This document shows positions 1 to 9,430 of a DNA stretch of 31,955 bases, one piece after another. The notes under the pieces are model-generated. The model was not told where the DNA came from and ran no database searches. It saw only the letters and a program-made list of their open reading frames with translations. Origin of the DNA: an uncultured Fidelibacterota bacterium (GTDB taxonomy: Bacteria; Fidelibacterota; Marinisomatia; Marinisomatales; UBA1611). Made by a program: the position numbers and the translations under genes. The first letter of the stretch is position 1; each line of letters begins with the position of its first letter. The DNA lies in NCBI GenBank assembly GCA_913040915.1, contig CAJWHW010000025.1, positions 1 through 31,955 on the forward strand. Direction: 5' to 3'.

Positions 1-1030
1 TCTCATTAATAATATCAATCACTTTTGTATTCCGAATATCTGGACAATTTGGTTTAAACGTTATACCAAATATTCCAACTTTTGCTCCCACTGGGTTTAT
101 ACCGCTTTTTGTCATTTCATGGATAACTTTTTGTGCAATATATATACCCATACTATCATTAGTCCTTCTCCCCGATAAAATCATTTCAGGATGAAAACCT
201 ATTGATTGTGCTTTATAAGTAAGATAATATGGATCTACGCCAATACAATGTCCACCAACCAGACCGGGCCGAAATTTCTGGAAATTCCATTTTGTTCCTG
301 CAGCTTCTAATACATCACTAGTATTAATACCTAGTTTATCAAATATCATAAAAAGTTCATTTATGAGAGCAATGTTTACATCTCTCTGAATATTTTCAAT
401 CACCTTTGCTGCTTCTGCAGTTGCCATATTGGGCGCTAGATGTGTGCCAGCCGGCACGATACTTTGATATAACTCATTCACAATTTTTGCTGACTCAGAT
501 GTAGATCCTGAAGTTACTTTTACAACCCTTTTTAGGGTATGCTCTTTATCTCCAGGGTTTATCCTTTCGGGTGAATAGCCGCAATAAAAATCTTTATTGT
601 AAACTAATCCAGATTTAGACTCGAGCACCGGAACGCATACTTCCTCTGTTGCACCTGGGTAAACAGTCGATTCATAAATAATGATGTCTCCTTTTGAGAT
701 ATTGGCACCAACAGTTTTACTGGCTTTAATTAAAGGATTTAAATTAGGATTTTTATGCTTGTCAACAGGAGTAGGAACCGCCACAATATAAAAATTACAA
801 TCGGTAATGTCTGATAAATCATGAGAAAATAATAATTGCGGTGAAGCTATAATTTGCTCTTTAGTTTGTTCCAGTGTTTTATCAATACCGACCTTTAATT
901 CATTGATACGATTTCTATCTAAATCATAACCAATCGTATGGTAAATTTTTCCAAATTCTATGGCTAATGGCAGACCTACATAGCCCAAACCGATGATTGC
1001 AATTTTAGGTTTTTTATTTAATACTTCCAA
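1..1030 (-). CDS. Nucleotide-sugar dehydrogenase (UDP-GlcNAc/GalNAc 6-dehydrogenase, WbpO/TviB/CapL family); 3' end runs off the window
   Basis: Not in the ORF track; translated by hand. TTG at 1030-1028 gives (M)[22 protein letters not shown] (Rossmann GxGxxG). Later motifs are [58 protein letters not shown] (catalytic Cys) and [17 protein letters not shown]. An in-frame TAA at 1054-1052 bounds the start. Confidence 0.93.
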   Translation of the reverse strand, partial: MEVLNKKPKIAIIGLGYVGLPLAIEFGKIYHTIGYDLDRNRINELKVGIDKTLEQTKEQIIASPQLLFSHDLSDITDCNFYIVAVPTPVDKHKNPNLNPLIKASKTVGANISKGDIIIYESTVYPGATEEVCVPVLESKSGLVYNKDFYCGYSPERINPGDKEHTLKRVVKVTSGSTSESAKIVNELYQSIVPAGTHLAPNMATAEAAKVIENIQRDVNIALINELFMIFDKLGINTSDVLEAAGTKWNFQKFRPGLVGGHCIGVDPYYLTYKAQSIGFHPEMILSGRRTNDSMGIYIAQKVIHEMTKSGINPVGAKVGIFGITFKPNCPDIRNTKVIDIINE

Positions 1031-1042
1031 ACTTTTGTAAAA

Positions 1043-1049
1043 CTCCTTT
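1043..1049 (-). promoter_or_regulatory. Shine-Dalgarno (AAAGGAG) for the dehydrogenase gene
   Basis: Plus strand ctccttt, 12 nt upstream of the TTG start; the spacing is rather long. Confidence 0.55.
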
Positions 1050-1151
1050 AATTATTCAGTCCTTAATTTGATATTAAACTGAAGTTCTAAATATGTCAGT
1101 AAGATAATTAACTTATATAAAATTAGACTAGAAGAAATTAACAAATGACTA

Positions 1152-2117
1152 TTAGCTATAATAATATGATTTAAACCACCTAATGAATTTTGGAATTCCT
1201 TCATATATTGATGTGGTAGGTTCATAACCAAGTTTTTCTATAGAATAATCAATATCTGCATAGGTTTGTTCAATATCACCAGGTTGCATGCCTAGATATC
1301 GTATTTTTGCCTTTTTACCTAATTCACTTTCAATCATTTCAATCATATCAATTAAACCTTCCCAATTACTATTCCCCAGATTGAAAATTTCACATTTTTC
1401 ATTTCGTTCAATAGCAGAAATTATACCGTTAATTATATCATCAATATATGTAAAATCACGTTTCATTTGTCCATGATTGAATACAGAAATGGTATCACCT
1501 TTTTGTATTCTATGTGCAAATATATTCATAGCCATATCTGGTCTATCCCAAGGGCCATATACTGTAAAAAATCGAAGTCCTGTGGTCCGTAGATTATATA
1601 AATGGCTATATGTGTGAGCCATTAATTCATTTGCTTTTTTCGATACTGCATAAATTGAGATTGGATGATCTACGCGGTCATCTACTGAAAATGGTATTTT
1701 TTCATTTTTGCCATACACAGATGAACTACTTGCATAAATAAGTCCTCTTGTTTTATGGTGTCTACAGCATTCCAGAATACTCATAAAACCATTTATATTC
1801 GCATCAATATAAGCCTGAGGATTTTGCATGCTGTAACGGACGCCAGCTTGCGCTGCAAGATTTACAACCTTATCAGGTTCAAAATTATTGAATTTCTTAT
1901 TGATTGAATCATAATCTACTATATCAATTTTTTCGAATTCAAAATTATCATATGGCTTTAATTGATCGAGTCTCGCAAGTTTAAGATTAGTATCATAATA
2001 ATCATTTAGATTATCTACTCCGTGGACCACATGGCCAATTTCAAGTAATTTTTTTGCAAGGTGAAATCCGATAAAACCTGCAGTACCAGTAATTAATATT
2101 TTTGAATCACTCTTCAT
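1152..2117 (-). CDS. NAD-dependent epimerase, UDP-glucuronate 4-epimerase-like (CapI/Uge/LpsL family)
   Basis: Motifs ITGTAGFIG, NLAAQAGVRYS, YASSSSVYG, YAVSKK (YxxxK), LRFFTVYGPW.RPDMA, RDFTYIDDI and QPGDI. Confidence 0.92.
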   Translation of the reverse strand: MKSDSKILITGTAGFIGFHLAKKLLEIGHVVHGVDNLNDYYDTNLKLARLDQLKPYDNFEFEKIDIVDYDSINKKFNNFEPDKVVNLAAQAGVRYSMQNPQAYIDANINGFMSILECCRHHKTRGLIYASSSSVYGKNEKIPFSVDDRVDHPISIYAVSKKANELMAHTYSHLYNLRTTGLRFFTVYGPWDRPDMAMNIFAHRIQKGDTISVFNHGQMKRDFTYIDDIINGIISAIERNEKCEIFNLGNSNWEGLIDMIEMIESELGKKAKIRYLGMQPGDIEQTYADIDYSIEKLGYEPTTSIYEGIPKFIRWFKSYYYS

Positions 2118-2193
2118 AATTCGTTACTTAGCTAAATAGAAGCTATCTTGTCGAACAATGCCTGTAAAAAGTGTTTTCTTTGATTTAATATTA

Positions 2194-3354
2194 TTAATCA
2201 TCATTATTTTTTTTCGTTGAAAATTGATCTATATTATCCGATAACTCATTCAATGCCTCTATGATAAAATTTTGGTCATCTATATCTAAATATGGGTGCA
2301 TTGGTATTGAAAAAATGGTATTTGAAATTGTTTCTGATGTTAAGAAATCACCTGCTTTATAACCACAAGGCTTAAATGCTTCCTGTAGATGTAAACTCTT
2401 AGAATAATAAGTCATAATCGGAATTTCTTTTTTAGATAGTTCCTGAATAATAGTTTTACGATTTATACGTATTTTTGGAACAAGTGAAAATTGAGCCCAA
2501 GATGAAAAATAGCCATCTGGAATATGAGGTTTTAAAAAGTTATTGGAGATATTATTTTTATAATACTTCGCTATATCATCTCTCAGTTTTAATTCGTTTT
2601 CAAAAATATTTAGTTTTTCTAGTAAGACTGCTGCTTGAATCGTATCAAGCCTACCATTAATACCTATTCTAATATTATCGTATTTATCTTTCCCTTGACC
2701 GTGAATTCTAATAGAACGCATTTTTTCGGCTAAATCATCATCATCGGTAAATATTGCACCACCGTCACCATAACACCCCAGCGGTTTTGCCGGAAAAAAT
2801 GATGTTGCAGCTACATCTCCAAAAGATCCGGATCTTTTCCCTCTGATATTTCCACCAAAACCTTGTGCGGCATCTTCAATGATGAAAAGATTATGCTCTT
2901 TCGCTTTTTCTTCAATTATTCTATACCTTGCAGGAAGACCAAATAAATCTACAGGAATTATAGCTTTTGGCTTTAAATCTAATGAAAGGGCATGATTAAC
3001 CGCTTGATCAATTTTAGATGGATCTAAATTATATGTTGATTCATATATATCACAAAATACTGGTGTAGCACCGAGTAAAGAAATAACCTCAGCTGTTGCA
3101 ACATACGTAAATGGGGACGTAATGACTGCGTCACCTTTTGCTATCCCCCTAGCCAGTAATGGTATCAATAAAGCATCCGTCCCAGATGAACAAGTAATAC
3201 AATGTTTTATACCTATAAATTCAGATAATTTTTCTTCCAACTTAAAAATTTCAGGGCCCATGATGTATTTTCCATGGCTAAGTACTGCTTTTATTCTTTT
3301 ATTTAAAGATTTTTCTATATGTTTCTGTTGTTTTCTTAAATCAATAAATTGCAT
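2194..3354 (-). CDS. DegT/DnrJ/EryC1/StrS PLP-dependent sugar aminotransferase, WbpE-like
   Basis: Motifs MQFIDL, SGTDAL, IIEDAAQGFG, TSFFPAKPLGCYGDGGA (PLP lysine; closely resembles the WbpE subfamily), NGRLDTIQAA and SIPMHPYL. Confidence 0.92.
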   Translation of the reverse strand: MQFIDLRKQQKHIEKSLNKRIKAVLSHGKYIMGPEIFKLEEKLSEFIGIKHCITCSSGTDALLIPLLARGIAKGDAVITSPFTYVATAEVISLLGATPVFCDIYESTYNLDPSKIDQAVNHALSLDLKPKAIIPVDLFGLPARYRIIEEKAKEHNLFIIEDAAQGFGGNIRGKRSGSFGDVAATSFFPAKPLGCYGDGGAIFTDDDDLAEKMRSIRIHGQGKDKYDNIRIGINGRLDTIQAAVLLEKLNIFENELKLRDDIAKYYKNNISNNFLKPHIPDGYFSSWAQFSLVPKIRINRKTIIQELSKKEIPIMTYYSKSLHLQEAFKPCGYKAGDFLTSETISNTIFSIPMHPYLDIDDQNFIIEALNELSDNIDQFSTKKNNDD

Positions 3355-3540
3355 TTCTTAATAATAATTGTACAAAATTATTTTTTCGTTATTTAATAAT
3401 ATTAAAGCTACGAATATATGATTAATAAGTCTAATTACAGTCTTCTATTTTACATAAATAATTGTAATGTAATTTATATTCAGATCACTCATAATATTTA
3501 ATCCAATTTGTAAATATTAACTTAATAAGTGATTTTATAG

Positions 3541-3564
3541 TTACAACTACCATTATAACTACCA
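3541..3564. repeat. Two near-identical tandem 12-mers (ttacaactacca / ttataactacca), with an inverted 11-bp copy (tggtagttata) at 3630-3640
   Basis: Read directly from the sequence, about 190 nt upstream of the aminotransferase start. Confidence 0.6.
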
Positions 3565-3730
3565 TTGAATTATTATAAATTATATTTTGTAAAAATTAAA
3601 TAAATTAACTTCTTTCTTCTCTATAAATTTGGTAGTTATATAGAATTAATAAAAAATTAAACACTACTTATAATCTATAATAATAGATAATTGAAAGAAT
3701 ATTTTTTCCCTAGTAATGTTGTTAGACAAT

Positions 3731-3749
3731 TTAGCAATTATTTTGCTAA
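3731..3749. promoter_or_regulatory. Inverted repeat TTAGCAA-N5-TTGCTAA, possible transcription factor operator
   Basis: Perfect 7-bp arms in the spacer, next to a 10-bp palindrome TTGAATTCAA (3751-3760). Function is inferred, and the AT-rich background raises the chance rate. Confidence 0.3.
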
Positions 3750-4006
3750 CTTGAATTCAATATACATTATAGAAAAATAATAGTGATTAATTTGCTCTGT
3801 ATCCACCGATTTCAAGATAATTGATGGTTAAGTAAGGCTTAATTAATTCATTATGATTTTACAGCAATATTCAAAGAAATAGCTTACTTATTAAAGATCA
3901 AAAAATATTTTTGCTACTTTAAATATTGGTTTTTAAGTATTGACTAGTATCATAAAATTTATCTCACCTATAAGATTATCTTAATGATTTCTAAAAGTGC
4001 TATAAT

Positions 4007-5527
4007 TTATTTTGTCTTTTTCTTTTCGGATTTTTTAACTTTTTTAGGTTTTTGATCAGGTTGATTATCTTCAATACGAGATTTACCAAATGCTAGCATA
4101 GGATAAAACACAAACGGTAAAAACATAAGGCCTATGGCATACAGTGTTTTCTTGCCAAACAATTTAGCAGTTTGAAGGGCAACTAAAAACCAGCTGATAG
4201 GTAACATAAGGTAAATCAACAACCACCAAATAGGTTTGTTTAAAATTTTTGACAGGATAAATAGATTAAAAAATGGAACCAGTGCTTTCCATCCTCTCTG
4301 GCCTGCTTTAGAAAAAATCTTAAACCACGCAGCCCAGATCAATATCAATAAAACACCAAATACCCCCGCAAATATAATTATGTACAATTCTTGAATACTA
4401 CCCATAGCAGATTGTGTATCTGCATTGATAGCTGTTGAATCAGATTCACTGGTATTTATAATTTCTATTTCTCCCTGTAGTGACCCAACAGTTTCAACCT
4501 TAAATGTAGCGGGAGGTGTTCTATCATAAAGTACTTCGCTGTCATCAGTTGTTTCATCAATATGTTCACCTGCATTACCAGCCATATCCATAAAATCAAC
4601 AGAAATAGGAATAATACCTTCAGAATCTGAAGATGTAAATACATGAAAAAAAGTATAAGTTAGGCTATCCAGTTTTAACTGGTTACTTTCCACAGAATCT
4701 AATTTGACATCAATATTTTGAATAGGTTCAGTTGCAGTGAATTGTAAAAAAACTGAATCACTCTCTACAGCCAGAGTGGAGTCATAAACATTAGATGTAA
4801 ATAGTTTTACTTCATCTAGTTCCGGAAGAGTACCATCTTTAGTTATAGATTTATTATTACTAGCCATTGTAATTGGCTGGCTGGGATTTCCAGCTAAATC
4901 GAAATATTGAATAATAAATGATATGATTCCATCATCTGCATCATCAGCATAATAAATAGTCTTCCATGATTTTTCAAATCCTACTGGTTTAAAATCATCA
5001 TTATTTATTTCAAATACAGGCTGCTTTATTGGCTCACTTGTAATTAAATCAAAAGTAATTGAGTCATTAGGCATCGCTAGACTAGAATCAAAAGCATTAC
5101 TCGAAATCACTTTTAATGAAACTAAAGTTGGGACAGTTTCATCAATGGTTAAGATACTATCGCTTACAGAGCCAACAATACTGTTGCCTGCTTTATCCCA
5201 GATTTCCGCAATAAATTGAGCTTCGCCATTTTCCTGAAATCCAGGCATGGATTCAAAGATTTCCGCTGAGATGGAGACTTCTTTTAAATCATCAATATCA
5301 CGCTTTTCGATTTCAAAAGGGTCTGCAATATCTAAAAAATTTTCACCATCATCAAAGCTGACCCGAATCTGGATGCGACCGCCTCTCAGAGATTCATCAT
5401 CAGCTAGGGGGACACCTACATTAACCGCAGTTGAGAGACTATTCCAATATATTTTAGATACTGTCTCCTCCTGAGCTGTTAGAACGGAAAAAATAAGGAT
5501 CCAAAAGTATGTACAATAGGGTTTCAT
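4007..5527 (-). CDS. Exported protein with bacterial Ig-like repeats and a C-terminal DUF5684-like membrane domain
   Basis: The start is moved from 5572 to the ATG at 5527, giving signal peptide MKPYCTYFWILIFSVLTA|Q. Three D-x-AGN-ending beta modules (WDKAGN, FDLAGN, MDMAGN). The C-terminal hydrophobic region W.KIFSKAG..GWKALVPFFN...AKLFGK....GL.FLPFVFYPMLAFG is typical of DUF5684. Lys-rich tail. Confidence 0.8.
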   Translation of the reverse strand: MKPYCTYFWILIFSVLTAQEETVSKIYWNSLSTAVNVGVPLADDESLRGGRIQIRVSFDDGENFLDIADPFEIEKRDIDDLKEVSISAEIFESMPGFQENGEAQFIAEIWDKAGNSIVGSVSDSILTIDETVPTLVSLKVISSNAFDSSLAMPNDSITFDLITSEPIKQPVFEINNDDFKPVGFEKSWKTIYYADDADDGIISFIIQYFDLAGNPSQPITMASNNKSITKDGTLPELDEVKLFTSNVYDSTLAVESDSVFLQFTATEPIQNIDVKLDSVESNQLKLDSLTYTFFHVFTSSDSEGIIPISVDFMDMAGNAGEHIDETTDDSEVLYDRTPPATFKVETVGSLQGEIEIINTSESDSTAINADTQSAMGSIQELYIIIFAGVFGVLLILIWAAWFKIFSKAGQRGWKALVPFFNLFILSKILNKPIWWLLIYLMLPISWFLVALQTAKLFGKKTLYAIGLMFLPFVFYPMLAFGKSRIEDNQPDQKPKKVKKSEKKKTK

Positions 5528-5617
5528 TGAATAAATTCTACTCAAATTTTTGATTTTATAATGGTAATGCAAAAGACTATCCCATCAGATGACAGAAAAA
5601 TTACATCTGCCGGTAAA

Positions 5618-6385
5618 TTATTGCCAATCAGCTAATAATTCTTTGGCCTGATTCTGTTGCTCAGCATCCTCTAAAGGTTCTGTTTTGGAAAGAGGCATTT
5701 CAATAAAGTCTAATAGTAGCTTCTTTGCTTTATTCTTTTGCCCATTCTTATTAAGAGCCCGAGCAAGGTAGACAGTCTGGGATGGCGTTTGATTCCCTGT
5801 TTCCAATGCTTTGGTTAGAAATTCAATTGCCTTATCATTGCTTGGCCAGGACAGGATAAAAGGAATATATGGTGATTTAAAATGAACTGCTCCTAGCATA
5901 AAAAAACCTCCTCCATCAGCATACTGAGAATCTAGGTTAATAATTTTTTCTGAATGTTCTCGCATCAAATCAGCAACACCCTCTTTTGCAGCCGCAATGA
6001 TTCCATACACTTCTGCCCAACTTCCTAAATTCACTAGAAACCAATAATGTACACCTACAGAATTTGGATTTTTTTTTATTAATTCTTCACCCAGATTTTT
6101 CCCTAAATTGAAAACACTCTTTTTTGATTCATCATCCTGAACAGCAAATTTCCCCTTGTAATAATAACTTTTCAATAAATAGATGCCTGCATCTAGTTCA
6201 TGAATAGGATCTTGGTACGCTTTTTTAAATGAAGCGATTGCTTTATCAATCTGGTTCTGCTGAGCAATTATTCCCTGAGCATTTTCCGCTCGGGCTTCAT
6301 ATGCCATGATCCCTTCTTGTAGGGTTGAATCATTCCCAAGTAAAAGCGAGAAAAAAAGAATACATGATGGGAATGGATTTTTCAT
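5618..6385 (-). CDS. Exported all-helical TPR-like protein (TatT-like)
   Basis: Signal peptide followed by TPR-like helices, including HYWFLVNLGSWAE, LD.QY.DGG.F.MLG.VHFK.P and KAIEFLTKALE. Confidence 0.7.
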   Translation of the reverse strand: MKNPFPSCILFFSLLLGNDSTLQEGIMAYEARAENAQGIIAQQNQIDKAIASFKKAYQDPIHELDAGIYLLKSYYYKGKFAVQDDESKKSVFNLGKNLGEELIKKNPNSVGVHYWFLVNLGSWAEVYGIIAAAKEGVADLMREHSEKIINLDSQYADGGGFFMLGAVHFKSPYIPFILSWPSNDKAIEFLTKALETGNQTPSQTVYLARALNKNGQKNKAKKLLLDFIEMPLSKTEPLEDAEQQNQAKELLADWQ

Positions 6386-6387
6386 GA

Positions 6388-7152
6388 CTAAAAATATTCT
6401 ATATAGGTTATTTTGATCTCACGTTTAAAATAATCTACTTTTTCATCATCAAATAATAAGTTATTAAAATCCAGTTCTAAGTAGAGTGATTCTACAAAAG
6501 ACCATCGCAAAGCACCATTTAGGTAACCTCCTCTACTGATGGACATATCTTTTGCAGTCATATCATTTTCATTCATAGCACTGTTATATTCCAACAAAAT
6601 GGAAAATTCTGGGTTTAGTTCAATATCTAGGCCGAAGAAAAGATTAGGATCATCATCACCGTCAGCAGTTTCAGTAAAGTTATAATTGATGCCACCATGG
6701 ATTCCTGCATTTCCAAAAGGTGAACGCCAGTTTTTTGACGCCGCTAGATAAGCACCATATGCTTTCATATCATATCTTTTCAGACTATCCTGATTATGAA
6801 AATTACCAAATCCTTGTGTATTAATACCAAATGCAACACCTGGAATAGTTATTCCCTCGTCAATAACCATATATTTTACCTTGGCCTCCGGCCTTGGGTA
6901 CCATCTTAAACTGTCATCACCGATAAGATTAGGTGAACCATACGATAATCCAAATTGGAAACGATCAGTAATCCCGGCACTCAATCCCAGAATCATACCT
7001 CCTTCATCCTGAATACGCATGTCCATCGAGAAACTTCCTCGAGCTAAAGTCCCTGCTGTAGGGATTGTTATTAGATCAGTTGGTGGTGGATAGTCTTGGC
7101 CTGTAGTCAGACTCAAAAATAGAATGAATAAAATTGATTTGATTTTTTTCAT
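6388..7152 (-). CDS. Outer-membrane beta-barrel protein (YjbH-like domain)
   Basis: Signal peptide, N-terminal LITIPTAGTL..G motif, amphipathic beta strands and a C-terminal ITYIEYF BAM-type signature. Confidence 0.65.
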   Translation of the reverse strand: MKKIKSILFILFLSLTTGQDYPPPTDLITIPTAGTLARGSFSMDMRIQDEGGMILGLSAGITDRFQFGLSYGSPNLIGDDSLRWYPRPEAKVKYMVIDEGITIPGVAFGINTQGFGNFHNQDSLKRYDMKAYGAYLAASKNWRSPFGNAGIHGGINYNFTETADGDDDPNLFFGLDIELNPEFSILLEYNSAMNENDMTAKDMSISRGGYLNGALRWSFVESLYLELDFNNLLFDDEKVDYFKREIKITYIEYF

Positions 7153-8129
7153 GGCATCTTTGGATGGATTGGTTTAGGATAAATTACATCACCCAAGCGG
7201 GAGGTCAAAGAGCGGACACGGTGTAATGGGACTGTCAAAATATCGGCTTCTCCTTCCATTTTGAATTTGATACCACTTTCAGTAATATCAACAAAATCAA
7301 CCATCAGTAATTCTCCGCCAGACATAACTAGTTCATCCATAATGGTCCTTGGAATGATCCCACCATGGGGTACAATAATACGACTTCCTCTAATCTCCCT
7401 CGCGATGATGTCTACCTCATCCAGGGTGTTATGTGTTCTCGGTGGTGGTGTTTTATACAATTGATCAGCTGGAGCTTTATCAATGGCAACATGGGAAAGT
7501 AATTGACCATCGTAGCCAAATTCCCATACCTGGGTTACATCTGCCATGATATCGATTTTATATTTAAATCGTCTTATAACCCGAGCAGATGGTAAGTCGC
7601 GCCAACGCTCTTCTTGGAGGTTCCCAAGATAATCATAGTCTAATTCTATCTGTCCATATTTTTGCCCATCAATAGTCTCAAAAATAATTTTAGAAACGTG
7701 GGCTCCATCAAAAATTGTGAAATGAGAACGCTGATCTGTAAAAGTTAAAGGTTCATTCTTTTTATAACGCCAAGTTCGAAATTCTTGACTCCAGGGTTCA
7801 TTATCCCCAATAACTAACAGGCTTAAGTATTTCCAGCGGTCCGTATATTCCCCTCGCTCAATTAATTTACCTGATTCATCATATTTTAACATTTCCCGCT
7901 TGTCCACACTCCCTTTTCCAGAAATACGTTCAATTTTTATAGGTAAATCATTTTCATTATAACTCACAGCCAAATGGGGGATACCACGCCTTTCAGTTGC
8001 CATCATAGAAAGATTGGATAAAAAATTATGATCATCTTTGAAATAACGTAAATAGGCCACATCTCTTGATTGCCCCAAAAGTGAAAAAGGCAGATAGAAA
8101 AAAAGAATCAGTTGAAGCCTTCTTGTCAC
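7149..8129 (-). CDS. Exported hypothetical protein (beta-hairpin/YD-like repeats, small C-terminal Sm-like domain)
   Basis: GTG start overlaps the upstream TAG. Signal peptide ...SLLG|Q. Segments such as LKYDESGKLIERGEY and LDYDYLGNLQEERW. Confidence 0.65.
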   Translation of the reverse strand: MTRRLQLILFFYLPFSLLGQSRDVAYLRYFKDDHNFLSNLSMMATERRGIPHLAVSYNENDLPIKIERISGKGSVDKREMLKYDESGKLIERGEYTDRWKYLSLLVIGDNEPWSQEFRTWRYKKNEPLTFTDQRSHFTIFDGAHVSKIIFETIDGQKYGQIELDYDYLGNLQEERWRDLPSARVIRRFKYKIDIMADVTQVWEFGYDGQLLSHVAIDKAPADQLYKTPPPRTHNTLDEVDIIAREIRGSRIIVPHGGIIPRTIMDELVMSGGELLMVDFVDITESGIKFKMEGEADILTVPLHRVRSLTSRLGDVIYPKPIHPKMP

Positions 8130-9430
8130 TACTCGTCCAGATTTAAATCTTCTTCCAACGAATTAGATAGCTTATAGCGATAGATGGAACCATCATTTTT
8201 ATCACATACATAAATAATACCTCTCTGATCTACAGTCACTGCTACAGGTTCTGACATAATTCGTAATGAATCATCGTTTACATATCCTGCTTCTTTAAAA
8301 AATTGACCATTTGCTGTAAAAACAGAAATGTGATCTCGCTCTGAGTCCGCCACATAGATATTTCTATTCTTATCAACAGCCACATCCATTGGGTTTGTAA
8401 AAAGATTGGGATTCATAATATCATCAGTAACCGCATTAAACCCTGATGAATAGGTTGCATAATCTCCTGAAAGATCTGGTATTATCATATGGACTGCAAA
8501 ATATTCACCGGTTTGTGTATAATATAAATTACCCTGGTAATCTATATCAAGACTCAAAGGCTGATTCACAAATTCAGCTCCATTACCATAGCCAAGAACA
8601 GTTGCACCATATTCACCGGTGAATGCCCATACCAAATCACCAGTTGTTAATTCTAATAACAATGATCTTTGAAAATCAATTTGTATTATCCGATGCTGAT
8701 TATTTACCCCACCATAATGATCTGTAACAAAAATCATATTTTCATTTCCGGCAGGTGCCGTTAATCCATTGAATTTACTGGAGTCTGATCTGTAGTGAAT
8801 ATCTTTATATATATTCTTCTCATCAGTGCCATCATAAAACAAATGAGGCTGCAGCAATGAATCAATCAAGTTCGGGCTATCAGTAAAAATGGGATTTATC
8901 AATTGATATTCCGAATTATTCAGGTAGGAAACCCATGTATCTGTTCCAGCATTTTCTGACTGTTCTACACCGGTTTCCGTATGTAAGAAAGTTCCACTGA
9001 TAGATACACTTTTAATACCAACTTCATTCCAATAGTGATTCCAGATAAAGATTTGATGAGAACCATCAATAAAGAAAACATTCATTTTTTGATCAATATC
9101 TACATCAATCGGTAAAATAGCTGCGCCTGAATTATTGGCCAAATTCTTTAAGCCATCAAAACCTGAAGGCGTTGTCCCGTCTTGATCAAAAACCAGAATT
9201 GCATTTAAATCAGCTACAAAAATCCTACCATCCTGGGCAATAGAAATTTCAGTGGGTTCACTTAAACCATAAGCATCGTCCCAAATAGGATTTAATTGTA
9301 GAAAAGTTGTATCTCCCGCACCAAAATTACCTGGGTTACTCTGGTTAATATCTCCAGGAATTACATACCGATCCATACAGGAAACAGCAAGCAATAATAA
9401 AAGGATAAGATATAGATAAATGTTTTTCAT
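8129..9430 (-). CDS. Lipoprotein with NHL-repeat beta-propeller
   Basis: Lipobox LLAVS|C. NHL-like repeats LSEPTEISIAQDGRIFVAD, FTNPMDVAVDKNRNIYVADS and MSEPVAVTVDQRGIIYVCD. Confidence 0.85.
   Translation of the reverse strand: MKNIYLYLILLLLLAVSCMDRYVIPGDINQSNPGNFGAGDTTFLQLNPIWDDAYGLSEPTEISIAQDGRIFVADLNAILVFDQDGTTPSGFDGLKNLANNSGAAILPIDVDIDQKMNVFFIDGSHQIFIWNHYWNEVGIKSVSISGTFLHTETGVEQSENAGTDTWVSYLNNSEYQLINPIFTDSPNLIDSLLQPHLFYDGTDEKNIYKDIHYRSDSSKFNGLTAPAGNENMIFVTDHYGGVNNQHRIIQIDFQRSLLLELTTGDLVWAFTGEYGATVLGYGNGAEFVNQPLSLDIDYQGNLYYTQTGEYFAVHMIIPDLSGDYATYSSGFNAVTDDIMNPNLFTNPMDVAVDKNRNIYVADSERDHISVFTANGQFFKEAGYVNDDSLRIMSEPVAVTVDQRGIIYVCDKNDGSIYRYKLSNSLEEDLNLDE

Noticed and set aside
3541..3566. JUMPstart/ops element
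   Set aside because: Only the GGTAG core matches. The GGCGGTAG consensus and JUMPstart spacing are absent, so it is kept only as an unexplained repeat.
3998..4006. Plus-strand extended -10 (TGCTATAAT) pointing antisense into the Ig/DUF5684 gene
   Set aside because: There is no convincing -35 element or downstream plus-strand gene, and such matches are expected by chance in very AT-rich DNA.
5528..5572. N-terminal extension of the 521-aa ORF
   Set aside because: It uses a TTG start and places 15 residues before an otherwise normal signal peptide; the ATG at 5527 fits better.
5586..5609. Inverted repeat CAGATG-N12-CATCTG after the TPR gene
   Set aside because: The stem is short, the loop long and there is no adjacent U tract, which is too weak to call a terminator.
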